Origin: Parcubacteria group bacterium Gr01-1014_13
Lineage (GTDB): Bacteria > Patescibacteriota > Patescibacteriia > Magasanikbacterales > GWA2-37-8
DNA length: 64,000 bases
NCBI GenBank assembly: GCA_007376295.1
Contig: VMGB01000001.1
Location: forward strand, 5,030 to 69,029
Direction of reading: 5' to 3'
Shown: one piece after another, positions 37,034 to 46,598 of the stretch
How the letters are laid out: the number at the start of each line of letters is the position of its first letter
Position numbering within the stretch: position 1 is the stretch's first letter
The notes under the pieces: generated by a model
What the model saw: only the letters and a program-made list of their open reading frames with translations
What the model was told of the DNA's origin: nothing
Database searches by the model: none
Program-made: the position numbers and the translations under genes

Positions 37034-37063
37034 TTGGCATTTTCCTGTATTATGTGGTATATT
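37034..37063 (+). promoter_or_regulatory. Putative sigma70 promoter TTGGCA-18-TATATT
   Basis: Read from the sequence upstream of the ATG at 37107. Confidence 0.35.
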
Positions 37064-37106
37064 CCATAATAACCTCCAAGAACTTAATTTATTTAATTAA
37101 TTTTGT

Positions 37107-38141
37107 ATGGAATTTTTTAAAAACCTCAACCTTAAGCCACTTAACATATTTAAAATAGCTGTTTTAGCTTTGTTTGGTATTTCTGCTCTAGTCTTTATTT
37201 TTAGCCTAATCAACTCTTCTTTGCGTCCGCTTTTAAACAATCGTATGGGAGGAGCTGTGTCTGTAGCCCCAACTTATTATGATTCTGGATCAAGTTTTCA
37301 GGGCGAGGTGGCTATGGGATACAAAGGTGGTATGCCAGCCGATCTTTCAGTAAGAAATATAATGCCTGTTCCGCCAACGCCCGGAACGGTTGGAAATAAC
37401 GCGGAAGATTTTGAGGTTACTGATTATTCTGCTTTAATAGAAACAAGAGATATACAAAAGACCTGTGCGGCTATTATCGGTCTTAAATCATTGAAGCATG
37501 TAATTTTTGAAAACTCTCAAGAATCAGACAAAAATTGCAATTATACATTTAAAGTTGAACATGCTCGTGCAGCCGAAATATTGGCAGTAATCAAAGATTT
37601 GGAACCAAAAAATCTTTCCGAGAATATTTATACAATTAAAAGTCAGTTGGACGACTTCACAAATCAAATAGAAATCTTAACAAAGAAAAGAGCTTCTATA
37701 GACGAAACTTTGCAAAAAGCTCTGGCCGCATATGATCAGATAACCGCTTTGGCTATTAAAACTCAAGACGCCTCCAGCTTGGCAAAAATTATTGATAGCA
37801 AAGTGCAAATAATTGAGCGGCTTACTCACGAGATAATAAATATAAATCAGCAGCTTGATTATTTAGCTAGAGCAAAAGCCGACCAGATGGACAGGCTTAA
37901 ATATACCTATTTTAATGTTAATGTTTACGAAAATAAATACCTCGATGTCAAAAATCTAAAAGATTCTTGGCGCGCGGCTATTAAAAATTTCGTCTCTACA
38001 GTTAATGAAGCTCTGCAGAACGCCTCAATCAATCTTCTCGCTATTCTCTTTATGGCAGTTCCGTTCGTTGTCTATGGTTTGTTGCTTTTGGTTGGCGCGA
38101 AATACGGCTGGAGGCTAGTAAAGTATATTTGGAATAAATAA
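37107..38141 (+). CDS. Hypothetical coiled-coil membrane protein with an N-terminal TM segment and a C-terminal TM hairpin (DUF4349-like topology)
   Basis: TM at aa 15-35, a long predicted coiled coil (aa 170-260) and a C-terminal AILFMAVPFVVYGLLLLVGAKYGW. Confidence 0.5.
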   Translation: MEFFKNLNLKPLNIFKIAVLALFGISALVFIFSLINSSLRPLLNNRMGGAVSVAPTYYDSGSSFQGEVAMGYKGGMPADLSVRNIMPVPPTPGTVGNNAEDFEVTDYSALIETRDIQKTCAAIIGLKSLKHVIFENSQESDKNCNYTFKVEHARAAEILAVIKDLEPKNLSENIYTIKSQLDDFTNQIEILTKKRASIDETLQKALAAYDQITALAIKTQDASSLAKIIDSKVQIIERLTHEIININQQLDYLARAKADQMDRLKYTYFNVNVYENKYLDVKNLKDSWRAAIKNFVSTVNEALQNASINLLAILFMAVPFVVYGLLLLVGAKYGWRLVKYIWNK

Positions 38142-38155
38142 TAATCCAGGTCAGC

Positions 38156-38182
38156 AAAAACAGCCCTATAGGGCTGTTTTTG
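38156..38182 (+). terminator. Rho-independent terminator
   Basis: Perfect palindrome cagccctatagggctg followed by TTTTT. Confidence 0.75.
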
Positions 38183-38191
38183 GCTTCTAAA

Positions 38192-38220
38192 TTGACTTTT
38201 CTCTCTTAAAGCAGTATAGT
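38192..38220 (+). promoter_or_regulatory. Sigma70-like promoter TTGACT-17-TATAGT upstream of infB (very short leader)
   Basis: ttgact at 38192-38197 and tatagt at 38215-38220. The ATG is at 38232. Confidence 0.45.
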
Positions 38221-38231
38221 ATTGGATACTT

Positions 38232-40247
38232 ATGAATGTATCAGAGCTAGCCAGACAACTAAAAGTTCACCCGCAAAAACTTTTGCAGACTTTGCCTGAG
38301 TTTGGTTTTGATATTGGCGCGAAGGCGATAAAAGTAGACGACCGCATAGCCCAACAGATAATCCGCCAATGGAAGCGCATTAAGTTTATTTTAGACGAAA
38401 GAGAACAGAAAGAAAAAGAAAAACAAAAAGAATTAGAAAAAGAAGCCCGCCAAAGCAGCGGCCTTAGCGTGGCTATCCCGCACAAAATTAGCGTCCGTGA
38501 ATTAGCTGATTTACTGCAAGTACCAGTTACCAGACTTATCATGGAATTCATGAAAAATGGTATTTTGGCTACTCAAAACGAAAACATCGATCATGATACT
38601 GCTGCGCTCGTGGCTCAAGATTTGGGATTTGGTGTTACCGAAGCGACCGCAGAAGCAAAGGAAGAGCCGGCAGAACACATGGTAAATTTGGAAAATATTT
38701 TAAATGGTGATGCAACTTCCGCTCGTCCACCTATAATCGTGGTAATGGGACACGTTGACCATGGTAAAACAAAATTACTTGATGCTATTCGCAGTACAAA
38801 CGTGATGGGTCAAGAAGCTGGCGGTATTACCCAGCACATCGGCGCTTACCAAGTTGTTTGGACAAATCCAAAAACAAAGGAAAAATCTCCGCTTACTTTT
38901 ATTGATACCCCTGGTCACGAAGCTTTTACTGTCATGCGCGGACGTGGTGCTAAAGTTGCCGATATCGCTGTGCTTGTTGTAGCAGCCGATGACAGCGTGA
39001 AGCCACAAACTGTAGAGGCGATAAATATTATTAAAGCGGTAAAGTTGCCGGTAGTAGTGGCGATAAACAAAATTGATAAAGAAGGCGCTGATGTAAAAAA
39101 AGTGCGCGCTGATTTGGCGCAGTATAATATAGTGGCAGAAGAATGGGGCGGAGAAACGCCAATGGTAGAAATTTCCGCTAAACAAAATTTAAATATAGAT
39201 AAACTTTTAGATGTTTTACTTTTGGTATCTGACATGCATGCTGAAGATGTAAAAGCCAATCCAGACAGAGCTGCCGCCGGTACTGTAATTGAGGCGCATG
39301 TAGATAAAGGTGAAGGCCCAGTGGCCACAATTTTAGTCCAAACCGGGACTTTAAAGTTAAATGATCCGTTAGTTGTGAACGGTGAAATTTATGGCAAAGT
39401 GCGCGCCATGAAAAATTATAAAGGAGAGAACATGAAAGAAGCTCCGCCAAGTTGTCCAGTGCGAATTTTGGGATTCAAAGTTGCTCCGCAGGTTGGAGAT
39501 ATTTTGGATGTGGGCAGCGCTGCCACGGCTAGCGATATAAATTTGAAAGAAAAAAGAAACAAGCAATCCGGCGCGGAGAAAAAAGTAGTTTCCGCTTCGG
39601 CTGACGTTGAGGAAGAAGAGAAAAAGAAAGTGTTAAACTTGGTTATTAAAGCTGACACGCTTGGTTCGCTAGAGGCAATTATCGGGTCACTGGAAAAAAT
39701 TAAAAATGACGAAGTTGGTGTCCGTATTATCGGCAAGGGCTTAGGAAATGTGATGTCCGATGATGTAGCCAAAGCCGAAACTGCTCAGGCTATTATCTGT
39801 GGGTTTAATGTTTCGCCAGCGTCGACAGCTCAACACATGATTCAAGATAAAAATATACAATTTCTACAATTTAGTGTAATATATGACTTGCTGGATTTTG
39901 TAAAAGCCGAATTAAAGAAGCTTTTGAATCCAGAAAAAATTGTTATCGAGTTAGGTAAACTTCGTGTAGCCGCAATTTTCCGCACCGCCAAAAACAGCAT
40001 GATTGTTGGAGGCCGGGTGGAGGGCGGAAAAATTAAAAAAGATGCTCGCGTCCGCGTACGCCGTGGCGGAGAAGTTATTGGCCAGGGTAAATTAGGCCAA
40101 TTGCAATCTGGAAAACAAACTGTAAATGAATTGCCAGAAGGCAACGAAGGCGGTCTTCAATTTGATGGTAAATTAAAATTGGAAGTAGGGGATGTTTTGG
40201 AAGCTTATACTGAAGAAGAAAAAGAAAAGAAGTTAATTTTGGAATAA
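38232..40247 (+). CDS. infB: Translation initiation factor IF-2
   Basis: G-domain VMGHVDHGKTKLLD, DTPGHEAF and NKIDK, plus a C-terminal beta-barrel. Confidence 0.95.
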   Translation: MNVSELARQLKVHPQKLLQTLPEFGFDIGAKAIKVDDRIAQQIIRQWKRIKFILDEREQKEKEKQKELEKEARQSSGLSVAIPHKISVRELADLLQVPVTRLIMEFMKNGILATQNENIDHDTAALVAQDLGFGVTEATAEAKEEPAEHMVNLENILNGDATSARPPIIVVMGHVDHGKTKLLDAIRSTNVMGQEAGGITQHIGAYQVVWTNPKTKEKSPLTFIDTPGHEAFTVMRGRGAKVADIAVLVVAADDSVKPQTVEAINIIKAVKLPVVVAINKIDKEGADVKKVRADLAQYNIVAEEWGGETPMVEISAKQNLNIDKLLDVLLLVSDMHAEDVKANPDRAAAGTVIEAHVDKGEGPVATILVQTGTLKLNDPLVVNGEIYGKVRAMKNYKGENMKEAPPSCPVRILGFKVAPQVGDILDVGSAATASDINLKEKRNKQSGAEKKVVSASADVEEEEKKKVLNLVIKADTLGSLEAIIGSLEKIKNDEVGVRIIGKGLGNVMSDDVAKAETAQAIICGFNVSPASTAQHMIQDKNIQFLQFSVIYDLLDFVKAELKKLLNPEKIVIELGKLRVAAIFRTAKNSMIVGGRVEGGKIKKDARVRVRRGGEVIGQGKLGQLQSGKQTVNELPEGNEGGLQFDGKLKLEVGDVLEAYTEEEKEKKLILE

Positions 40248-40277
40248 TTTAATAATTTTTTAAGCTTTATTATATAT

Positions 40278-40601
40278 ATGGAGCATGTTTTTACCGAAGC
40301 AAATTTTGATGAAGAGGTTTTGAAATCAAACATCCCGGTGTTTGTGGATTTTTGGGCAGTTTGGTGCGGCCCTTGCCAGATAATGGGTCCGATTGTGGAA
40401 GATTTGGCAAAAAAATATGAAGGTAAAAATATAAAAATCGGTAAATGCAATGTTGATGAAAATTCTGAAATATCTTCAAGATATAATATTTTGAGCATTC
40501 CTTCTTTTGTGGTGTTTAAAAACGGCGAAGTTGTAGATCAGATTGTGGGCGGAGTACAGAAAGAAAAGTTGCAGGCGATGATAGATAAGCACTTGGTTTA
40601 A
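40278..40601 (+). CDS. trxA: Thioredoxin
   Basis: WAVWCGPCQ active site; 107 aa. Confidence 0.9.
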   Translation: MEHVFTEANFDEEVLKSNIPVFVDFWAVWCGPCQIMGPIVEDLAKKYEGKNIKIGKCNVDENSEISSRYNILSIPSFVVFKNGEVVDQIVGGVQKEKLQAMIDKHLV

Positions 40602-40619
40602 ATTTAAAAATAAATTTTT

Positions 40620-40647
40620 AAAAACAGACCGTTCTGGTCTGTTTTTG
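40620..40647 (+). terminator. Rho-independent terminator after trxA
   Basis: cagaccgttctggtctg followed by TTTTTGTGTT. Confidence 0.7.
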
Positions 40648-40649
40648 TG

Positions 40650-40678
40650 TTGACGAAAAGTCTTTTTTGGTATATACT
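40650..40678 (+). promoter_or_regulatory. Strong sigma70-like promoter TTGACG-17-TATACT
   Basis: ttgacg at 40650-40655 and tatact at 40673-40678. An AAGGAG SD lies at about 40689. Confidence 0.5.
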
Positions 40679-40699
40679 ATAGTCCAGAAGGAGAACAAA

Positions 40700-41386
40700 A
40701 TGGATTCCAAACCAATTCGTGTTCCAGCAACAGTCAGAAAGGCGCAGGCGCGATATGCCAAGCTAGAGGCGCTTTATCCGCGCGATTTTGTGCGTGAGAT
40801 GGTAAAGGCGTACACGGACGCCCTTCCTCCGCCCGACGACGCTGTTTTTTTGCCAGACACAAGCCCCGAAGAGCTTGAAGCGGAGATGAAGGAAGACCCG
40901 GAAGATTTGGCGGCTGCGAGCCCCGATGAGCTAGCCGAGAACGAGAAGATGAAGCAGTTATTCCGTGATTTGCGTGGCAAGAAGTTGAGCGAACTGCCTG
41001 AGCCAACGCCAGAGGAAGATGCTGCTCACCTAGAGGAAGAGGTGGACACGGCCATTGCGAACGTGTTGAGTGCGTGGTTAAGCACCTTGCATATTGCCCA
41101 GAAACAGAGTGACCATCCGTTCGGAGTAGAGCTGAATCATACACTCGAGCCGGTTGTTCCAATCCGTTTTGGCGCTAACCCAGAGATGACATGGCAGGAA
41201 GCACCGTGTAATAGCATTTCGATGACTCCAGAACAAGTTGGGAAATTGCACGAAGCTTTTGCTGATAAGCTGCGTCTATTAATCGACGCCGCGCCACCAT
41301 GGGAAGGATATGTTGTGTCAGGTAAAGACCTGGTCATTTATAGATGGGGTAGTCAAAGCTATTGTCTTCGTAAGCCGGGCGTGTAG
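40700..41386 (+). CDS. Hypothetical acidic protein (228 aa) with a disordered Glu/Asp/Pro-rich middle
   Basis: ATG at 40700 after the AAGGAG SD. GC-rich. No family recognised. Confidence 0.5.
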   Translation: MDSKPIRVPATVRKAQARYAKLEALYPRDFVREMVKAYTDALPPPDDAVFLPDTSPEELEAEMKEDPEDLAAASPDELAENEKMKQLFRDLRGKKLSELPEPTPEEDAAHLEEEVDTAIANVLSAWLSTLHIAQKQSDHPFGVELNHTLEPVVPIRFGANPEMTWQEAPCNSISMTPEQVGKLHEAFADKLRLLIDAAPPWEGYVVSGKDLVIYRWGSQSYCLRKPGV

Positions 41387-41422
41387 GGAAATACAGACCA
41401 CTTCGAAATCAAGGAGCCGAAA

Positions 41423-41980
41423 ATGAGGAAAGTATTTCTTGTTTGCGTGTGCTTTATTGCGATTACGTGTAGCAGTGAGCGCAAAGCTGCTTTCGAGTAT
41501 GATGACGTATCAAATGGCCTTCATCTGCAGGTACCTAACCATAGCTGGATCATTCAGTATGATCCTAGTTGCAATAGACAGTTCTGTTGGGATCTGACAA
41601 AGCCGGAAAATGGTGCCAGGATCTATTTGGCAAAAATCAGTTGGCTCGATTCGCGGGGTCTTGTCGTTGAGAGTAATAAACTTAGAGACGAGCTATTGGT
41701 CAACCACGCCAAAGATCTGACACGTGTTTCAAACGTTTCTTGGCTTACTGTTACGCCCGGAGCGTCCTTTGTCTACTTTTCTTGGGATGTTGGTGCCAGC
41801 AAACTTCGGTTTCACGGCGCCTATCTGCAGTTGATTTCCGATTCCACGACTACAAAAGTATATTTGTTCGTGGCCGGGTCTCCTCTCAAGTATGGCGAGC
41901 AAACGGAGCAAGACTTTGTTGATTTTTTAAAAAACGTTGGGCCAGTTGTACCTAAGACGTTAAATCAGCAAACTCTTTAA
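41423..41980 (+). CDS. Hypothetical lipoprotein
   Basis: MRKVFLVCVCFIAITCSS signal with a lipobox-like ITC. Confidence 0.5.
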   Translation: MRKVFLVCVCFIAITCSSERKAAFEYDDVSNGLHLQVPNHSWIIQYDPSCNRQFCWDLTKPENGARIYLAKISWLDSRGLVVESNKLRDELLVNHAKDLTRVSNVSWLTVTPGASFVYFSWDVGASKLRFHGAYLQLISDSTTTKVYLFVAGSPLKYGEQTEQDFVDFLKNVGPVVPKTLNQQTL

Positions 41981-42001
41981 GAATCTCAGTTCATTATATT
42001 A

Positions 42002-42040
42002 GGCGGGCATTGATTTATCGGTGCCCGTTATTTATTTTAT
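42002..42040 (+). terminator. Terminator hairpin cgggca..tgcccg followed by a T-rich tract
   Basis: Read from the sequence. Confidence 0.5.
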
Positions 42041-42041
42041 C

Positions 42042-42070
42042 TTGATTATTTATCTCATTTTAGGTAAGAT
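42042..42070 (+). promoter_or_regulatory. Putative promoter TTGATT-17-TAAGAT for leuS
   Basis: Read from the sequence. Confidence 0.4.
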
Positions 42071-42085
42071 AGTTAGGCAATATTT

Positions 42086-44395
42086 ATGAAAAAATACAAC
42101 CCAAAGAAAATAGAAAAGAAGTGGCAAAAGTATTGGGAAAGCCATAAAACTTTTCAAGTTAAAGAAGATGTCAAAAAAGAAAAGTTTTATAGTCTGATTG
42201 AATTTCCTTATCCAAGCGGTGAGGGTTTACATGTAGGCCATCCGCGTCCATTTACGGCCATGGATGTAATTTCTCGTAAAAAACGCATGGAAGGCAAAAA
42301 TGTCTTGTTTCCTATTGGTTTTGATTCTTTTGGTTTGCCTACTGAAAATTATGCTATTAAAACCGGCAAAGCTCCGGCCGAAGTTACGAAAAAAAATATT
42401 GCCAATTTTACTCGCCAGCTAAAAATGTTGGGATATAGCTTTGATTGGTCTCGGCAGGTAGATACTTCCAATCCGAAATATTACAAATGGACACAGTGGC
42501 TATTTTTACAATTTTTTAAACACGATTTGGCTTACAAAAAAAATCAGCCAATAAATTGGTGTCCAAAGGATAAAATTGGTTTGGCCAATGAAGAAGTGGT
42601 TAACGGTTGTTGTGAACGTTGTGGCACGCCAGTAGAAAAAAGAAACAAAGAGCAGTGGATGCTGGCTATTACAAAGTATGCCGACAAACTTTTGGCTGGA
42701 CTCCAAAATGTAGATTATATAGAACGCGCGCGGGTGCAACAGGAAAATTGGATTGGCAAGAGTGAGGGTGCAGAAATTGTTTTTCCATTGCGGATGATTC
42801 CCGGACAGTCTGACGATAAACATAGCGTGACTGTATTTACCACTCGCCCGGACACGATTTTCGGTGCAACTTTTGTGGCTGTTTCTGCCGAGCTCGCCAA
42901 GAAATGGGTTGATGTTGGATGGCAGGCAAATGAAGATATAAAAAAATATATAGAAGATATTTTGGCGCATCGCAAATCTTCTCGCGAAGAAGAACCGGAA
43001 AAAACCGGTGTTGAGGCTGGAATTGTAGCTATTAATCCCGCGAATCAAAAAGAAATTCCGGTTTGGATTACCAATTATGTTCTTGGGGAAGTGGGAACTG
43101 GAGCAATAATGGGCGTGCCGGCTGATGATGACCGAGATAAAGAATTTGCCGAGAAATACAATTTGCCGATTATTGAAAATTATACCAAAGCAGGATTTGA
43201 AGATCATGGTAAAAGAGTCATACGTTACAAACTTCGCGACTGGGTATTTTCTCGTCAGCGTTATTGGGGTGAACCAATCCCGCTAGTAAATTGTGTACCT
43301 TGTGGTGGTTGGGTGCCATTGCCGGAAAGTGAATTACCCTTGGAATTACCAAAAGTAAAAAAATATCAACCAACAGATACTGGTGAGTCGCCGCTCGCGG
43401 CCATGGAAAAATGGGTCAACACCAAATGTCCACAGTGTGGCGGTCCGGCTAAACGAGAAACTGATACCATGCCGAATTGGGCTGGATCAAGCTGGTATTT
43501 TTTACGCTATGCCGATGCGCACAACGATAAAGAATTTGCTAGCCAAGAAAAATTAAAATATTGGATGCCGGTGGATTGGTACAATGGGGGAATGGAACAT
43601 GTTGTTTTGCACTTATTGTATTCTCGTTTTTGGAATATATTTTTGCATGATATTGGTCTGGTGCCAGTATCCGAGCCATATGCCAAACGTACAGCTCACG
43701 GGTTAATTCTAGCCAAGGGTGGAGAAAAGATGTCTAAATCTAAAGGAAATGTGGTAAACCCAGATGAAGTTGTCGCTCAGTATGGCGCCGATACTTTACG
43801 TACCTACATCATGTTTATGGGTCCGTTTGATCAGGCGGTAGAATGGGATGACAATGGACTAGTTGGAGTAAAAAGATTTTTGGATAAGGTTTGGAATTTG
43901 CAAGAAAAAGTTGTTCCAAAAACAGAGCTAAATTTGAAATTACAAACCTCACTACATCAAACAATTCAAAAGGTGGGGGAGGATATTGAAGGAATGAGAT
44001 TTAATACCGCCATTTCCAAGATGATGGAATTGGTAAATGAGATGTCAAAGGAGGAAAAACTTTCAGCAGACTATTATTCAGCACTTCTTAAAATTTTATC
44101 ACCTTTTGCTCCGCATATGACCGAAGAACTGTGGGGAAATTTGGGAAACAAAAAAACATTGGTTTACCAGTCATGGCCAGAATATAATCCGGAACTGACT
44201 AAGGAATCAACCTTAACTATTGCGATACAAATCAACGGTAAGGTGCGTGACGAAATAATGATTGACGCCGATACTGCCGAAGATGAAGTAAAAAAACTTG
44301 CACTTGCCAGCGAGAAAGTGCAAAAATGGCTGGAAGGCAAAGAACCAAAAAAAGTAATTTATGTAAAAGGAAAACTGGTAAGTATTGTTATATAG
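42086..44395 (+). CDS. leuS: Leucyl-tRNA synthetase (compact, 769 aa)
   Basis: HVGHPRPFTAMDV (HIGH-type) and KMSKSKGN. Confidence 0.95.
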   Translation: MKKYNPKKIEKKWQKYWESHKTFQVKEDVKKEKFYSLIEFPYPSGEGLHVGHPRPFTAMDVISRKKRMEGKNVLFPIGFDSFGLPTENYAIKTGKAPAEVTKKNIANFTRQLKMLGYSFDWSRQVDTSNPKYYKWTQWLFLQFFKHDLAYKKNQPINWCPKDKIGLANEEVVNGCCERCGTPVEKRNKEQWMLAITKYADKLLAGLQNVDYIERARVQQENWIGKSEGAEIVFPLRMIPGQSDDKHSVTVFTTRPDTIFGATFVAVSAELAKKWVDVGWQANEDIKKYIEDILAHRKSSREEEPEKTGVEAGIVAINPANQKEIPVWITNYVLGEVGTGAIMGVPADDDRDKEFAEKYNLPIIENYTKAGFEDHGKRVIRYKLRDWVFSRQRYWGEPIPLVNCVPCGGWVPLPESELPLELPKVKKYQPTDTGESPLAAMEKWVNTKCPQCGGPAKRETDTMPNWAGSSWYFLRYADAHNDKEFASQEKLKYWMPVDWYNGGMEHVVLHLLYSRFWNIFLHDIGLVPVSEPYAKRTAHGLILAKGGEKMSKSKGNVVNPDEVVAQYGADTLRTYIMFMGPFDQAVEWDDNGLVGVKRFLDKVWNLQEKVVPKTELNLKLQTSLHQTIQKVGEDIEGMRFNTAISKMMELVNEMSKEEKLSADYYSALLKILSPFAPHMTEELWGNLGNKKTLVYQSWPEYNPELTKESTLTIAIQINGKVRDEIMIDADTAEDEVKKLALASEKVQKWLEGKEPKKVIYVKGKLVSIVI

Positions 44396-44398
44396 ATT

Positions 44399-45925
44399 AT
44401 GCCGGAATGGCTGCAAAAGACCGTTAACTCAAAAAGCAAAACGTTTCTCACGTTTTGTTTTTGTTTTATTCTCGGGACCGGTTTGTTTTCTTTTTTGCAG
44501 GATCAGGGATTATTATTTTATACATATATTAGCCTATTTTTAATTTTATTTTTTTTAATCATATTTTGGAATCATAGAATTAAGCGGTTTTTAGTTTTAG
44601 GTCTGTTATTTTTTATTTTAGGAGGAATAAGGTTTTTAATCAGTATCCCGAATCATGATTCTTCCAGAATAGAATATTACAATGGGAATAAGATAAGTTT
44701 GCAAGGTTGGGTTTCACAGGAGCCGAGCATTGGTGTAAGTGATGCTAGATATATTATAAATGTTACTTGCAAGGGCGAGCCGTGTGAAAAAGTAGGCGGT
44801 AAAGTGATTATTAAAACCAGATTATATCCGCAATATCAATATGGAGAGGAGTTGGATATAAGTTGTTCGTTGCAAGAACCAGAAAATTTTATTGACAGCA
44901 ATTTTAATTATAAGAATTATTTAGCCAAGCAAGGCGTATGGTCTGTATGTGCTAATCCGAAAATAAATTCTTTGGGTGTAAATGAGGGAAATTCTTTATT
45001 TAAAACAATGTTTTTGGTGAAGTCGTACATACAAAACCAGATGGTTCGTCTTTGGCCCGAGCCAGCCAATAGTTTACTAGCTGGAATTTTGTATGGTAAT
45101 AGAAGCGGTTTGCCCAAAGAGATGGTAGATAATTTTACCCGCACAGGTGTCAGCCATATTGTGGCTGTTTCTGGGTATAATGTAAGTATAATTGTTTTGG
45201 TTTTAAATGGCCTTTTGATTTATATTGGTTTGTCACGTCGACAATCATTTTGGTTTTTATCTTTGTTTATTTTAGCTTTTGTATTTTTTAGCGGCGCTAG
45301 CGCTTCGGTGGTGCGGGCGGGAGTAATGGCGGCAATAGTTCTTGTTGCCCAGTATATTGGCCGGTTATCTGCGGCGGGCAGAACTCTGGTTTACGCGGCT
45401 GTAATCATGTTGTTATTTAATCCCTACGTTTTAATTTGGGACGCTGGTTTCCAACTTTCATTTTTATCTACTTTTGGGTTGGTGTATCTATCACCAATAT
45501 TTGAGAAGGCTATTTTTAATAAAATTAAAAATTTTCCAGGGCTAATGCCGCTGGTGGAAGTTTTAACTACCACCATTTCGGCAATTATTGCCACTTTGCC
45601 GTTAATTCTTTTTCAGTTTGGCAGATTGTCTATAGTAGCGCCGCTGGTAAATGTTCTGGTATTATGGCTTGTACCCTGGCTCATGCTGTTTGGTTTTATA
45701 GCGTTGATCATCAGTTGGGTATTTTTTCCTTTAGGACAAGTTGTGGCTTGGGTGGTTGGACTAGGATTAAATTATGTTATAATTATCGTGGATTGGTTTG
45801 GGAGGAAGTCTTGGAGTGCGGTAGATATTCATATCCCTGTCTGGCTGATGGCGGTCGTGTATTTATTATTAATACTTTTCGTAATCAAAAATTATGCCAA
45901 AAAAGATCAAAGTGCTCTCATCTGA
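44399..45925 (+). CDS. comEC: ComEC/Rec2 DNA-uptake channel protein (DUF4131 plus Competence domain). It lacks the C-terminal metallo-beta-lactamase domain.
   Basis: RTGVSHIVAVSGYNVSIIVLVL competence-domain motif and many TM segments. Confidence 0.85.
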   Translation: MPEWLQKTVNSKSKTFLTFCFCFILGTGLFSFLQDQGLLFYTYISLFLILFFLIIFWNHRIKRFLVLGLLFFILGGIRFLISIPNHDSSRIEYYNGNKISLQGWVSQEPSIGVSDARYIINVTCKGEPCEKVGGKVIIKTRLYPQYQYGEELDISCSLQEPENFIDSNFNYKNYLAKQGVWSVCANPKINSLGVNEGNSLFKTMFLVKSYIQNQMVRLWPEPANSLLAGILYGNRSGLPKEMVDNFTRTGVSHIVAVSGYNVSIIVLVLNGLLIYIGLSRRQSFWFLSLFILAFVFFSGASASVVRAGVMAAIVLVAQYIGRLSAAGRTLVYAAVIMLLFNPYVLIWDAGFQLSFLSTFGLVYLSPIFEKAIFNKIKNFPGLMPLVEVLTTTISAIIATLPLILFQFGRLSIVAPLVNVLVLWLVPWLMLFGFIALIISWVFFPLGQVVAWVVGLGLNYVIIIVDWFGRKSWSAVDIHIPVWLMAVVYLLLILFVIKNYAKKDQSALI

Positions 45926-46502
45926 AGATGGCTATAATTTGGCGGCCGATCTTTATGATGAGAATGAAAAATATTTGAATAGTTTTGAGCAAGGAGAGCT
46001 TATACCGTTATTAGCTGGCATAGCTGGTAAAAAAGTTTTAGATGTGGGGGCCGGAACTGGCCGTCTTTCCGTAGCTCTGGCTAATCGTGATGCCCAGGTG
46101 ACAGCTTTGGATGTCTCGCCAAAAATGTTAGAAAAAATTAAAAGAAAAAATGCTAAGATACAAACAGTAGTGGGTGATGCGGAAAGCTTGCCGTTTAAAA
46201 ACGAAACATTTGAAATTGTGTCGGCTGCATTTTTAATTGTGCATTTAAAAGACCCGACTAGATTTTTTGATGAAGTTTATCGGGTTTTGAAAGACGGCGG
46301 TATATTTGTAGTTACAAATATAAATCAAAAAGATCCGCCACTAGTAAAAACAAAAGAAGGACAAATTATTATAGAGTCTTTTTATCACCGTCCGGAAAAA
46401 ATAAAAGAAATTTTAGAGTCATTAGCCTTTAATATCGAAGAAGAAGTATTTGTGAAGGAAAAAGATCTGTGGGTGGATCAAATTGTCTTGGCGAGGAAAT
46501 AA
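45894..46502 (+). CDS. Class I SAM-dependent methyltransferase
   Basis: VLDVGAGTGRLS motif I and DGGIFVVT. Confidence 0.75.
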   Translation: MPKKIKVLSSEDGYNLAADLYDENEKYLNSFEQGELIPLLAGIAGKKVLDVGAGTGRLSVALANRDAQVTALDVSPKMLEKIKRKNAKIQTVVGDAESLPFKNETFEIVSAAFLIVHLKDPTRFFDEVYRVLKDGGIFVVTNINQKDPPLVKTKEGQIIIESFYHRPEKIKEILESLAFNIEEEVFVKEKDLWVDQIVLARK

Positions 46503-46519
46503 ATTTTTGTAAACAAAAA

Positions 46520-46577
46520 CACCTCCTTCTTCCTGTGTCCACAAAAGTTTTGTAGATACAGGAAGGCGAAGGAGGTG
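46520..46577. terminator. Long imperfect hairpin (about 20 bp stem) between convergent genes. On the minus strand it is followed by a T-run.
   Basis: acctccttcttcctgtgtc pairs with gatacaggaaggcgaaggaggt. Confidence 0.5.
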
Positions 46578-46598
46578 AATTATGTTCTCGCCAATGGT

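Larger units (their letters stand above)
40640..41990. other. Second GC-rich compositional island (about 50-56% GC) carrying two hypothetical genes
   Basis: Composition read directly. Bounded by the trxA terminator and a terminator/promoter pair before leuS. Confidence 0.55.

Noticed and set aside
38267-39772. Multiple minus-strand ORFs overlapping infB
   Set aside because: Antisense to a well-supported IF-2 gene.
40734-41337. Minus-strand ORFs (142, 68 and 66 aa) inside the second GC-rich island
   Set aside because: Same GC-driven artefact. The plus-strand gene has the promoter and SD.
42506-43207. 233-aa minus-strand ORF antisense to leuS
   Set aside because: Shadow ORF with AT-rich, low-complexity composition (Phe/Ile-rich).
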